DNA of 64,000 bases, from contig JBFFED010000001.1 in NCBI GenBank assembly GCA_041559015.1, positions 79,241 to 143,240 on the forward strand, read 5' to 3'. Below the pieces are notes generated by a model, which was given only the letters and a program-made list of their open reading frames with translations, did no database searches and was not told the DNA's origin. This DNA comes from Thermoplasmata archaeon (GTDB lineage: Archaea > Thermoplasmatota > Thermoplasmata > UBA10834). This document shows, one piece after another, positions 53,607 through 63,458 of this stretch; position 1 is the stretch's first letter, and each line of letters opens with the position of its first letter. A program made the translations under genes and the position numbers.

Positions 53607-53853
53607 TGCGGATCCCTGCCTCTCAGGCCTCACGGCCTGACGACTTATAAAAGTAGGGAGGAGATGCCGCTCTATCCGGGGCTGCGGCTTCATAGCCGCA
53701 CATGCTCGACAAATCACGAAGCCACGTCCAGCCATCGCCGGAAGGGCCGTTCTGCGGCCGTGTTGAGCGCCTTGAGGGGCGCCGAATCGGCAAACACAGA
53801 AGCCAGGCCTACTGGAAATGATGGTCTTTGGACGGAAATGGACGACAAATCTT

Positions 53854-53877
53854 TTTAAATACCCATTTAAATATGGG
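53854..53877 (+). promoter_or_regulatory. Tandem TATA boxes upstream of tbp
   Basis: TTTAAATA at 53854 and 53866; second lies inside CCCAT-TTAAAT-ATGGG; GGTGAG RBS follows. Confidence 0.6.
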
Positions 53878-53897
53878 GAACATCGGGTGAGCTTTTA

Positions 53898-54446
53898 ATG
53901 GCAGTCATCAAGATAGAGAATGTTGTCGCCTCAACATCTCTGGGTGGGGAGTTGGACCTGCAGGCGATCGCGCTCGCTCTCGACGGCGCGGAATATGAGC
54001 CAGAGCAGTTCCCCGGCCTGATATACAGGCTGAAGGAGCCCAAGACAGCAACCCTCCTGTTCAGGAGCGGCAAGGTGGTCTGCACAGGGGCCAAGAGCCT
54101 CGACCAGGTCAAGACGGCGATCAACAAGGTCTCGAAGCAGATCGAGGCTGCCGGAATAACGATCAAGGGCGAGCCGAAGATCGAGGTGCAGAACATCGTC
54201 GCCTCAAGCGACCTGGGCGCGCAGATTAACCTCAACGCCATCGCTATCAGCCTCGGCCTCGAGAAGGTCGAGTACGAGCCCGAGCAGTTCCCAGGCCTCG
54301 TCTACAGGATAGACGTCCCCAAGGTGGTCGTCCTCCTGTTCGGCAGCGGGAAGCTCGTGTGCACGGGTGCGAGGAAGCCTGAGGACGTAGAGGCGGCGGT
54401 CGACAAGATCACCGAGGAACTCAAGGCCGCCGGACTCCTGAAGTAG
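53898..54446 (+). CDS. tbp: TATA-box binding protein
   Basis: Two NxVAS..YEPEQFPGL..LLF.SGK.VCTGA repeats. Confidence 0.98.
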   Translation: MAVIKIENVVASTSLGGELDLQAIALALDGAEYEPEQFPGLIYRLKEPKTATLLFRSGKVVCTGAKSLDQVKTAINKVSKQIEAAGITIKGEPKIEVQNIVASSDLGAQINLNAIAISLGLEKVEYEPEQFPGLVYRIDVPKVVVLLFGSGKLVCTGARKPEDVEAAVDKITEELKAAGLLK

Positions 54447-54454
54447 ACCGGACC

Positions 54455-55297
54455 ATGGCCTTACCGATACTGGACAACCACGTCCACCTCGAACCCTACA
54501 AAGGTCGCAACGTCGAGTCCGTAAGAGATTTCGAGAGGAGCGGAGGCACTCATCTCATCATCTCGCACCTTCCTTACGACGAGGTGCCCATCAGGGCGGC
54601 GGACGACTTCCGAGAGAGCTACGATCTGACGATATCCATGAAGGACAGGGTGAACAGGGAAACCCGTGTGAGAGCGTATGCGACAGTCGGGCCATATCCC
54701 GCCGAGCTGCTGGAGCTCGAGAAGCGACATGGACTGGAGCACGCGCAGGACATCATGATGCGTGGGATGGAGATTGCCTCGGAGTATGTGTCAGAGGGCA
54801 AGGCCTTGGCTATCGGGGAGGTCGGAAGGCCTCACTTCCCCGTCTCGTCAGAGGCCTGGAGGTCGTCAAACGAGATACTCGAGCGCGCCATGGCTCTGGC
54901 CAAGGAGGTCGGGTGCGCGGTCGTGCTTCACACGGAAGGCGCCACCCCGGAGAACATGCGTGAGCTGGCGCTGATGGCTGATAAGGTGGGCCTCGACAGG
55001 AAGAGGGTCGTGAAACACTACTCGCCGCCTCTGATCCTGCCCGAGGAGAACTTCGGGCTGATGCCGTCGGTGCTGGTCGGAAGGGATTCCGCCGAGCGGG
55101 CCATCCGCAAGGGGACAAGGTTCCTGATGGAGACCGACTTCCTGGATGATCCAAGGCGGCCAGGCGCGGTCCTTGCTATCACCACCGTGCCCAAGCGTAC
55201 CAAGACGCTGCTGCAGAAAGGCCTCATGACCGAGGAGCAAGCCTACAAGATACATGTCGACAATCCGCAGATGACTTACGGCCCCGGTTTCACGTGA
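54455..55297 (+). CDS. TatD-like metal-dependent hydrolase
   Basis: DNHVH, IGEVGRPH, LHTE, ETDFLDDPRRPGAVL. Confidence 0.88.
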   Translation: MALPILDNHVHLEPYKGRNVESVRDFERSGGTHLIISHLPYDEVPIRAADDFRESYDLTISMKDRVNRETRVRAYATVGPYPAELLELEKRHGLEHAQDIMMRGMEIASEYVSEGKALAIGEVGRPHFPVSSEAWRSSNEILERAMALAKEVGCAVVLHTEGATPENMRELALMADKVGLDRKRVVKHYSPPLILPEENFGLMPSVLVGRDSAERAIRKGTRFLMETDFLDDPRRPGAVLAITTVPKRTKTLLQKGLMTEEQAYKIHVDNPQMTYGPGFT

Positions 55298-55336
55298 GAG
55301 ACCTGAACGGGCCATCGCCCCCTGGGGGGACAGAGC

Positions 55337-56524
55337 ATGCAGGGGTCTCACTTCAAGCACTACGTGGTCGCGCTCTCGCATAGGCACGGAGCGCTGGTCC
55401 TGGTTCAGACCCTCGTAGCTCTTGCCAACACCCTCGCCAACTCGTTCGCGCTCATCTACCTCATCAAGTTGGACATGAGCTACCTGCAGTGCGCAACATT
55501 CATACTGATTTGCGCGGCCGTCCCGCTCGTGCTCACTGCCTTCGCCTCGAGGACCATAGTAACGAACTTCTCGTACTCTATCAACACGGCCCTGGTCTCT
55601 CTCACGGGATACTACGTCCTGCTCATACTCCTCAGGGGATGGGCGCTCGTGCTCATACCTCCCATCCTCTTCGGGATATACATCGTTACGTTCTGGGTAC
55701 CTTACAACGCGCTCATCATGCACATCACCTCGAAGAAGAAGCGGGGCGCGGCCATCGGCGCGTATTTCCTGATCTTCCCGCTAGTATCGGTGGTCACGCC
55801 GCTCGCGGGAGGGGCAATAATATCCGCGCTTTCGTACGAAGTGCTCTTCATCGTCGGAGGGGCGTTCGTGGTTCTGAACCTGATAGTCGTCTCCGGAATG
55901 AGGGTATTCCTCCGCCTTCGTGCGAGGATCATAATCCCAGAGCTGCTGCAGTCCCTGAAGGTCAACCTGATAGGCAAGCTTCAGATGGACCTCGTGCTCA
56001 AGCCCGTCGACTGGCGGCTCAGGGTCGCCCTCTTCGGCGAGGGGGTTCAGGACGGGGTCTTCTGGGTCTTCGTGCCGCTAGTGAGCTTCGAGTTCGCGAA
56101 GAACGAACTGAGCCTCGGAGGGTACTTGTCGCTCTTCGCCTTCTGGGGCGCGGTCATGACGGTCGCGCTGGGATACCTCTCGGACAGGCTGGAAGACAGG
56201 GCGCACATCGTGCGGATCGGCGCGACATTCGCCGCCGTCAGCATACTCCTCGCATCCATGGCTAGCACAGCGGAGCAGTTCGCGGCGTCAATGAGTATGG
56301 CATTCCTCTTCGTCGCGATCATACACTCGTTCCTCTTCACCATGCTCCTGGACAAGATGGAGAAGCTGAAGAAGAAGGGGGTACTCGTCCGTGAGTTCCT
56401 GCTCAACGCCGGGAGGACCTGCGGCATCTCGACAGTCATACTCGTCCTCCTACTCGGATTCGACCTGTCCATCTCGATGGTGGTGGCTGGCATAGCGATG
56501 GCCTCGATTGTGATCGTCAAGTAG
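55337..56524 (+). CDS. MFS transporter
   Basis: About 12 TM helices, GYLSDRL loop motif. Confidence 0.82.
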   Translation: MQGSHFKHYVVALSHRHGALVLVQTLVALANTLANSFALIYLIKLDMSYLQCATFILICAAVPLVLTAFASRTIVTNFSYSINTALVSLTGYYVLLILLRGWALVLIPPILFGIYIVTFWVPYNALIMHITSKKKRGAAIGAYFLIFPLVSVVTPLAGGAIISALSYEVLFIVGGAFVVLNLIVVSGMRVFLRLRARIIIPELLQSLKVNLIGKLQMDLVLKPVDWRLRVALFGEGVQDGVFWVFVPLVSFEFAKNELSLGGYLSLFAFWGAVMTVALGYLSDRLEDRAHIVRIGATFAAVSILLASMASTAEQFAASMSMAFLFVAIIHSFLFTMLLDKMEKLKKKGVLVREFLLNAGRTCGISTVILVLLLGFDLSISMVVAGIAMASIVIVK

Positions 56525-56549
56525 GGCCCAGGTTCCCGAAACCGACGGA

Positions 56550-56822
56550 CTACCTGACGAAGAATCCATCGAACTCGCCCGTGGCCGGATATGTCTCGAC
56601 AACCCTCCTCGAGACGCGGGCATGGGGCTGTTTCGTGGAGCACCACTCAATCGCCTCCCGCACCCTGTCTTCCTCTCCTTCGAATATAGCCTCCACTGAT
56701 CCGTCGAGCCTGTTCGTGACCCAGCCCGTGAGCCCGAGTGAGTCCGCGCATCGCTTGGTGTTGGCCCTGAAGAACACGCCTTGAACGATGCCTTCGAAGA
56801 TGACCCGCGCCCGGATTCTCAC
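56550..56822 (-). CDS. acyP: Acylphosphatase
   Basis: G.VQGVFFR, GWVTN..DGSVEA..EG; start uncertain. Confidence 0.92.
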   Translation of the reverse strand: MRIRARVIFEGIVQGVFFRANTKRCADSLGLTGWVTNRLDGSVEAIFEGEEDRVREAIEWCSTKQPHARVSRRVVETYPATGEFDGFFVR

Positions 56823-57020
56823 ATGCTTCGCATCGACTTCGAGAGTGAAAAAAGTTCTGTGCGTTCGACGCGGATCGGTGGAAAACATGGTCGGCGGGGC
56901 AACTACCAAACTATTTTATACTTACACCTCGATTTTATATGTACGCGCAACGCGCGCGCGAGGGATGCACTTCCAGTCACAGGAAGAGCGCTACCTCGCA
57001 CTCCCCGAAGGTGACCCAAC

Positions 57021-58145
57021 ATGATGAGATCGCTGGTCGAAGATGCCCTAGCCCGTGAAGAGACCCAGGGGGCCGAGATGGCCCAGGCCGCAGCGTTCGG
57101 CGCAGACGCGAGAGTCGATGCCGAACTCGAACAGATACTGCGGAGCCTCAAGACGAACATTAAGATCATAGGCGTAGGAGGCGGTGGCTCGAACACCATC
57201 GCCAGGATATTCGATGAGGGGATATTGGGCGCGGAGTTGTACTCAGCCAACACGGACGCGCAGCACCTTCTCACGCTTCACTCCCCGCACAAGATACTCC
57301 TCGGCAGACGGGTCACCAGGGGCCTTGGCGCGGGGGCGCTGCCACAGATCGGCGAAGAGGCTGCAAGGGAGGCAGAGGAAGAGCTGAAGAAGATACTGGT
57401 CGATACGCACATCTGCTTCATCACATGCGGGCTCGGAGGCGGGACCGGGACGGGCGGAGCGGCTGTCGTCTCGAGACTCGCCAAGGAGATGGGCGCGCTC
57501 ACCATCGCGGTCGCCACCTTGCCATTCAGGGGCGAGGGGAAGATGAGGATGGAGAACGCCGAGTGGGGCCTCGAGAGGCTCCGGGACTCTGCGGACACCG
57601 TCGTGGTCATACCGAACGACAAGCTCCTGGAGCTCTGCCCGAGGTTGTCCCTGAACGCAGCCTTCAAGGTCGCTGACGAGGTGCTCATGCGCTCCATCAA
57701 GGGCCTGACAGAAGTCATCACCAGGCCGGGGCTGGTCAATCTCGATTTCAACGATGTGAAGACGATCATGAAGGGCGGCGGCGTTGCGATGATCGGGCTC
57801 GGCGAGTCCGACGCCCCAGGCGACGACAGGATCCAGGAGGCGATAGACCAGGCCATCAACTCGCCTCTCCTCGAGGTCGACATAAGCGAGGCCACCGGCA
57901 TCCTGGTCGACGTCATAGGCGGCACCGACCTGACGATCTCCGAGGCGCAGAAGGCGGCGGAGGAGGTCCAGAGCAGAGTCCACGCCAATGCCAGGATAAT
58001 CTGGGGGGCTGCGATAGACCCGTCCATGGACAAGAGCGTCCGCGTGATGCTCGTGGCCACGGGCGTGAAGTCGAAGCAGCTGCTCGGGAAGCCCGGGTCG
58101 GACAAGAGGTTCAAGGGGATAGGTGAGGTCGACCTGGTCCGCTGA
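57021..58145 (+). CDS. ftsZ: Cell division protein FtsZ (FtsZ1 paralogue a)
   Basis: [33 protein letters not shown]. Confidence 0.96.
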   Translation: MMRSLVEDALAREETQGAEMAQAAAFGADARVDAELEQILRSLKTNIKIIGVGGGGSNTIARIFDEGILGAELYSANTDAQHLLTLHSPHKILLGRRVTRGLGAGALPQIGEEAAREAEEELKKILVDTHICFITCGLGGGTGTGGAAVVSRLAKEMGALTIAVATLPFRGEGKMRMENAEWGLERLRDSADTVVVIPNDKLLELCPRLSLNAAFKVADEVLMRSIKGLTEVITRPGLVNLDFNDVKTIMKGGGVAMIGLGESDAPGDDRIQEAIDQAINSPLLEVDISEATGILVDVIGGTDLTISEAQKAAEEVQSRVHANARIIWGAAIDPSMDKSVRVMLVATGVKSKQLLGKPGSDKRFKGIGEVDLVR

Positions 58146-58277
58146 GCCATACTTGGTATGGCTCAGGCCATTCGTCCGAAAATATTAAGAAGGGCAATCA
58201 GCTACGGTGCTGACAGCCGGTGAGCTAGTCTCGCCGCTCGCGCTTTAGCATCTACATATATAGTTCGGAGGCTCAAG

Positions 58278-59384
58278 ATGAAGTCCCTCATCGACAGCGT
58301 GATGACAGCTGCGGAACAGGAGCAGCAGAAGAAGGACCCAGAGGCGTTTAGGCCCACCTCGGCCGAGGACGAGGAGCTGCAGAGCATACTGCAGGGTCTG
58401 AAGACCAGCATAAAGATCATAGGCTGTGGTGGAGGAGGCTCAAACACGGTCAACAGGCTCGCGGAGGCGGGCATCGTCGGCGCGGAGCTGTACGCGGCGA
58501 ACACTGACGCACAGCACCTTCTCATGACAAGGGCGCCGCACAAGATACTCCTTGGAAGGCGCGTGACCAAGGGCCTTGGCGCTGGAGCGCTCCCTCAGGT
58601 CGGGGAGGAGGCAGCCCGAGAGGCGGAGCCGGAGATCAAGGCGGCCTTGAAGGACGCCGACATCGTATTCATCACCTGCGGCCTCGGAGGCGGCACTGGC
58701 ACTGGCTCTGCCCCGTTCGCGGCCCAGGTAGCCAAGGAGTTGGGAGCGCTGACGGTCGCCATCTGCACATGGCCCTTCGCGGCTGAGGGTGCTGTCAGGG
58801 CGGAGAATGCAGAGTGGGGCCTGGACAGGCTGAGGAACGTGGCAGACACGGTCATCGTAATCCCGAACGACAAGCTGCTGGACGTCGTCCCGAAGCTGTC
58901 CCTGAACGCTGCGTTCAAAGTGGCTGACGAGGTCCTCATGCGCTCCATCAAGGGAATAACCGAGGTGGTCACCAAACCAGGCCTGGTCAACCTCGACTTC
59001 AACGACATCAAGACGATCATGAAGTCCGGCGGCGTGGCCATGATAGGTCTGGGCGAGTCGGACGATGACGATGCGGCCATAACCGCGGTGAACGAGGCGA
59101 TAAACTCGCCGTTGATAGACATGGACATCAGCGAGGCCTCTGCGGCCCTGGTCAATGTGACAGGAGGGCCGAGCATGACCGTCGCTGAGGCCGAGCAGGT
59201 CGCCGAGGTCATACAGTCGAAGATCGGCCAGGATGCCAGGATCATCTGGGGCGCGGCCGTCGACGAGAGCCTAGAGGACACCATCAGGGTGATGGTCGTG
59301 ATTACGGGGGTCAAGTCCCAGCACATACTCGGCCCCGCGAAGGAGAAGAAGGGCCGGGACTTGGGACTAGACTTTATTAAGTAG
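58278..59384 (+). CDS. ftsZ: Cell division protein FtsZ (FtsZ1 paralogue b)
   Basis: Same motifs; usual ftsZ1-secE-spt5-rpl11 context. Confidence 0.96.
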   Translation: MKSLIDSVMTAAEQEQQKKDPEAFRPTSAEDEELQSILQGLKTSIKIIGCGGGGSNTVNRLAEAGIVGAELYAANTDAQHLLMTRAPHKILLGRRVTKGLGAGALPQVGEEAAREAEPEIKAALKDADIVFITCGLGGGTGTGSAPFAAQVAKELGALTVAICTWPFAAEGAVRAENAEWGLDRLRNVADTVIVIPNDKLLDVVPKLSLNAAFKVADEVLMRSIKGITEVVTKPGLVNLDFNDIKTIMKSGGVAMIGLGESDDDDAAITAVNEAINSPLIDMDISEASAALVNVTGGPSMTVAEAEQVAEVIQSKIGQDARIIWGAAVDESLEDTIRVMVVITGVKSQHILGPAKEKKGRDLGLDFIK

Positions 59385-59407
59385 GTCGATGCTAGGAAAG
59401 GAGAGCC

Positions 59408-59656
59408 ATGCCAGAGATGAAGGAGATAGTGGACAAGTCCTGGGACCTCCAGCGACGGATAGAGGAGAGGACCAAGCACGTCGGGAAGGGCAAGTACGGC
59501 AGGGTCCTGAAGATGGCCAGGAAACCCACGGGCGAGGAGTACCTCAGGATAACCCAGATAGTGGCCATAGGCCTGCTTCTGATGGGCGGGCTCGGATTCC
59601 TGATCTACTGGATATTCGAGTACGGGGCCGACATGCTCCTGAACGCTTTCACGTGA
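59408..59656 (+). CDS. secE: Protein translocase SecE (Sec61 gamma)
   Basis: [12 protein letters not shown] followed by TM ..GGLGFLIY. Confidence 0.93.
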   Translation: MPEMKEIVDKSWDLQRRIEERTKHVGKGKYGRVLKMARKPTGEEYLRITQIVAIGLLLMGGLGFLIYWIFEYGADMLLNAFT

Positions 59657-59696
59657 TCACCGAAGGGATGGTACAACACACAGTGAGGTTGTCTGA

Positions 59697-60614
59697 TTGA
59701 GTCTTTTCGACATAGAGCCGAAGAAGAAGGATGAACCGAAGAAGGAGGCGCCCGCACCACCGCCAATGGCGAAGGCGCTGCAGTTCAACGTCCAGGGCGA
59801 GACGAAGAAGATGATGGCCTCAGGGGACTCGGCGGAGTTCGAGATGTCTCTGAAGGTACCGGATGACGGCTCGCCGCATGTGCTGGCCGTCAAGGTCGAC
59901 ACGGTCTTCGCGGCCACGGAGGAAGGATCCCCCGAGTGGTTCGTGAAGCTCTACGACGCGATAGGGCTCGTCTGGGAGAACTCGCCATCGGCAGACCAAT
60001 CCTCCGAACACACTTTCGAGGTCATGCCTGGCCAGGAGAAGTCTTTCACGCTGAAGATAACGTCCCCGACCGGCGCGAGGTACGGTGACAAGATAACGGT
60101 GCTCGTCAACGCGGGCCTGAAGGACAACCCGAGCATGAACGATGTGGTCACGATACACGCGACCGCGAGGCAGTCGATGCTCGCGGTGAAGACCTCGATA
60201 GGCCACGAAAAGACGGTCGCTGATGCCATTGCCAGCAGGGCCAAGCCGAAGCCCGTGGGAGTGTTCGCGATTCTCTCGCCCGCGACGATAAGGGGATACG
60301 TGTTCGTCGAGGCGATGAATACGGACGGACTAAGGGACCTCGTCAAGGGCGTGAGGAGGACCAGAGGGATCGTGAAGGGCGAGACCAGCTTCGGCGAGAT
60401 CGAGCACTTCCTGACCCCGAAGCCCATAGTGTCTGGCATTGTCGAGGGAGATATAGTCGAGCTGATTGCCGGCCCGTTCAAGGGCGAGAAGGCGCGAGTT
60501 CAACAGATTGACGAGGCCAAGGAGGAGATCACCGTCGAACTGTTCGAGGCGATGGTCCCGATACCGGTGACGATACGTGGCGATCATGTGAGAGTGCTTG
60601 AGAAGGAGAGGTGA
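59697..60614 (+). CDS. spt5: Transcription elongation factor Spt5 with extra N-terminal domain
   Basis: NGN ([14 protein letters not shown]) and KOW ([14 protein letters not shown]) domains in the C-terminal half. Confidence 0.93.
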   Translation: MSLFDIEPKKKDEPKKEAPAPPPMAKALQFNVQGETKKMMASGDSAEFEMSLKVPDDGSPHVLAVKVDTVFAATEEGSPEWFVKLYDAIGLVWENSPSADQSSEHTFEVMPGQEKSFTLKITSPTGARYGDKITVLVNAGLKDNPSMNDVVTIHATARQSMLAVKTSIGHEKTVADAIASRAKPKPVGVFAILSPATIRGYVFVEAMNTDGLRDLVKGVRRTRGIVKGETSFGEIEHFLTPKPIVSGIVEGDIVELIAGPFKGEKARVQQIDEAKEEITVELFEAMVPIPVTIRGDHVRVLEKER

Positions 60615-60619
60615 ATGCG

Positions 60620-61093
60620 ATGACAGAGAAGCTCGAAGTGCTTGTCGACGGGGGCAAGGCGACCCCTGGCCCGCCGCTAGGCCCCGCTCTGGGACCGATG
60701 GGGGTCAACGTCATACAGGTCGTCAGCGCGATAAACGAGAAAACGAAAGCGTTCATGGGGATGAAGGTCCCAGTCACGCTCCTGGTAGACTCCAAGACGA
60801 AGGCCTTCGAGATCAAGGTCGGCACACCACCCGTGTCCGCTCTAGTGCTGAAGGAGATAGGCATGGAGAAGGGCAGCGGGAGCCCGAAGTCGACCAAAAT
60901 AGGCAACCTTACAGTCGAGCAGGTCCAGAAGATCGCGGAGATGAAGAAGGACTCGATGCTCGGCAAGGACAAGAAGTCCAGGTTCAAAGAGGTCGTAGGG
61001 ACCTGCGTGTCGATGGGCGTCACCGTCGACGGGAAGGACCCTAAGCAGATCATCAAGGAGATAGAGAAAGGCGAATACGCAGGGCTGTTCTAG
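60620..61093 (+). CDS. rpl11: 50S ribosomal protein L11
   Basis: GGKATPGPPLGPALG, GTCVSMGV. Confidence 0.97.
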   Translation: MTEKLEVLVDGGKATPGPPLGPALGPMGVNVIQVVSAINEKTKAFMGMKVPVTLLVDSKTKAFEIKVGTPPVSALVLKEIGMEKGSGSPKSTKIGNLTVEQVQKIAEMKKDSMLGKDKKSRFKEVVGTCVSMGVTVDGKDPKQIIKEIEKGEYAGLF

Positions 61094-61189
61094 AGCGGCC
61101 CAGCGCACACATCCGCATGCCTAGTCCCCTTGCGAACGGCGATTTGAGGTTCTTCTGTCTAAAGTAGAGCGCTGTCCAGACAGCGACCA

Positions 61190-62608
61190 CTACGTAGTGG
61201 CCGCCGAAGGTCGTACGCCTCTGGCCATCTTCAGCTTAGCCGCCTCGCAAGCGATGGTTATCGGGTCAATTGTCGGAGCAGCCGGGGGACAGTAGGCCGT
61301 CTCGAGCTTCGCAAGCTCCTGGACGGTCATGCTAGATTGCATCGCCACCGCGAACGCGTTTATCCTCAAGTGCACCCGGTCCTCGCCGACTATCTGCGCT
61401 CCGAGTATCTTCCCAGTCTCCGGATGAGCCAGCACCTTGACGTAGATCTCCTTTCGCCCTGGATAGTAGTCCGGCAGCGTGAACGACCTCACCTTGCCGA
61501 CCAGCGGCTTCACCCCAAAGGCCTCGAGTTGTGCAGTCGTTGGGCCGACGGCGGCCACCTGGCACCCGAACGGCTCGGTGGCCCTGGTGATCAGGAACCC
61601 CTTCGGGAGCCGCTCATCGCCTCCCGCGGCGTTCACGCCAGCGACCATGGCCATCTTGACCGCTATGGTCCCCAGGCCGCTCACGTATGGTTTTTGCGTG
61701 ACGAGGTCCGGATATTCCGTGCAGTCTCCGACCGCAAATATGCTCTTCTCGCACGTCTCGCACCTGTCATCGACGACCATCTGCTTCGTGACCCCGATGC
61801 TGCACCCGACCTGCTTAGCCAGATCGGTCTCCCCGCGCTGCCCGGTCGCGACGACTATGAGATCTGCATAGAACGTGCGTTCCTCACCTGTGGACCGCTC
61901 GTTGGCAACCACGCAATTGGCCTTCTCATCGCCGAGTATCTCGGTCGCCTGGAAGTTGGTGAACATCCTGACCCCGTGGCTGGCAATCGCATCAGCCATC
62001 ATCTGGGCCATGTCGTCGTCCACCATCGCGAGTATGCAGTTGTTGAGGTACTCGACGATGGTGACCTTGCAACCCCTTATCATGAGCGCCTCAGCCACCT
62101 CGAGACCCACCAGGCCAGCGCCGATGACGACCGCCCTACGGCCCTTGTGGCTCAGCGACTGTATGCCCTTGGCGTCCTCGATGGTGCGCAGGACGAACAC
62201 GCCCGGCTTCAACTCACCGGGCTTCCCGCCCTCCTTGAAGGCGCCCTTGATCGGGGGCACGACCGCCTTCGCGCCTGTCGCGAGAATGAGCGAGTCGTAA
62301 GGCAGTTCGAGGTCACCTGAGGGTGACCTCGCATAGACAATCTTATTCTCCTTGTCGATTCTGCTCGCCTCGGTGCCCAGGTGGAGGCCTATCCTGTTCT
62401 TCTTCAGCCGCTCCTCTGGCGCCTCGATGAGGTTGACGAAATCCGGTATGATGCCCGAGATGCCGTAAGGCAGTCCGCACCTCGAGTACTGTGAGTACGG
62501 CTCCCGCTCGATGATCGTTACCTCCGAGGTCCTGTCCGTCTTCCTCGCGAACTGGGCGGCGGTTGCGCCTCCGCACCCTCCCCCTATGACCACAATCCTG
62601 CGAACCAC
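61190..62608 (-). CDS. FAD-dependent NADH oxidase / CoA-disulfide reductase family
   Basis: GGGCGG, YSRCGLPY redox Cys, LATGA, GAGLVGLE, FAVGDC, YCPP. Confidence 0.9.
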   Translation of the reverse strand: MVRRIVVIGGGCGGATAAQFARKTDRTSEVTIIEREPYSQYSRCGLPYGISGIIPDFVNLIEAPEERLKKNRIGLHLGTEASRIDKENKIVYARSPSGDLELPYDSLILATGAKAVVPPIKGAFKEGGKPGELKPGVFVLRTIEDAKGIQSLSHKGRRAVVIGAGLVGLEVAEALMIRGCKVTIVEYLNNCILAMVDDDMAQMMADAIASHGVRMFTNFQATEILGDEKANCVVANERSTGEERTFYADLIVVATGQRGETDLAKQVGCSIGVTKQMVVDDRCETCEKSIFAVGDCTEYPDLVTQKPYVSGLGTIAVKMAMVAGVNAAGGDERLPKGFLITRATEPFGCQVAAVGPTTAQLEAFGVKPLVGKVRSFTLPDYYPGRKEIYVKVLAHPETGKILGAQIVGEDRVHLRINAFAVAMQSSMTVQELAKLETAYCPPAAPTIDPITIACEAAKLKMARGVRPSAATT

Positions 62609-62734
62609 GAGCCCACCCTCTCAAGGAAAGACATAACATCGTTACCGTTAAATGGTTTTGGCACTTGCGGGTGGTACGGGCCGGGCGAGGCCGTTCTGTC
62701 ACGGCCAGACGCCCTCTGACCTGGTTCAAAAGGA

Positions 62735-62818
62735 TTATAAACCCCTTCTGCATTCGCTCACATCCCTAGGCATGTAGGAGAGCTATCGGCTCGCCAGGAC
62801 TACATCGGAGGGATACGA
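62735..62818 (+). promoter_or_regulatory. rpl1 promoter and candidate L1-binding autoregulatory leader
   Basis: TTATAAA at 62735; ATGTAG-GA-GAGC-tatcg-GCTC-GCCAGGA-CTACAT hairpin; outer ATCCCT/AGGGAT stem covers the GGAGGG RBS. Confidence 0.7.
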
Positions 62819-63457
62819 TTGGTAGACCAACACCTCGTCGACGTGTTCAAGAAGCTGCAAGCGGAGTCGAAGCAGAGGAATTTTGTAGAGTCCGTCGAAC
62901 TAGCGATCAACCTCAAGGACATAGACCTCAGTAACCCGAAGAACAGGATACAGGAGGAGGTCTTGCTACCCAACGGCCGGGGCAAGCCCGTCAAGGTCGG
63001 TGTGTTCGGAAGCTCTGAGATGGCTGTGAAGGCAAAGGGCGTTGCGGACTTCGTGATACAGCCCGAGGATATCGAGACACTCGCCTCGGACAAGTCCAAG
63101 GCGAAGAAGTTCGCGACCTCGAGCGATTTCTTCATCGCGGAGGCACCACTGATGCCCACGATCGGTAAGCGCCTCGGTGTGGTGCTGGGCCCGAGGGGGA
63201 AGATGCCAAAGCCCATCCCGCCAGGAGCGGACCCGAAGGCCACGGTCGAGAAGCTCAGGAGCAGCGTGACCATCAGGACCAGGGACAGGAAGACTTTCCA
63301 CCTGCCGATAGGCACCAAGGACATGCCCCCTGAGAAGCTGGCGGAGAACTTCGACGCCGTGCTCAAGAGGCTGCTCCTTAAGCTCGAGAGAGGTAAGAAC
63401 AACATCCAGTCGGCCTATGTCAAGACCACCATGGGGCCGTCATTCAAGGTGATGTGA
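62819..63457 (+). CDS. rpl1: 50S ribosomal protein L1
   Basis: RNFVESVELAINL, LGPRGKMP, VKTTMGP. Confidence 0.97.
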   Translation: MVDQHLVDVFKKLQAESKQRNFVESVELAINLKDIDLSNPKNRIQEEVLLPNGRGKPVKVGVFGSSEMAVKAKGVADFVIQPEDIETLASDKSKAKKFATSSDFFIAEAPLMPTIGKRLGVVLGPRGKMPKPIPPGADPKATVEKLRSSVTIRTRDRKTFHLPIGTKDMPPEKLAENFDAVLKRLLLKLERGKNNIQSAYVKTTMGPSFKVM

Positions 63458-63458
63458 G

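Noticed and set aside
53745-53760. GGCCGTTCTG(tca)CGGCC hairpin also present at about 62689-62706
   Set aside because: Only two short GC-rich copies, plausibly chance; insufficient to call a repeat family
53898-54446. Internal nucleotide repeat in tbp
   Set aside because: Normal two-fold repeat of TBP
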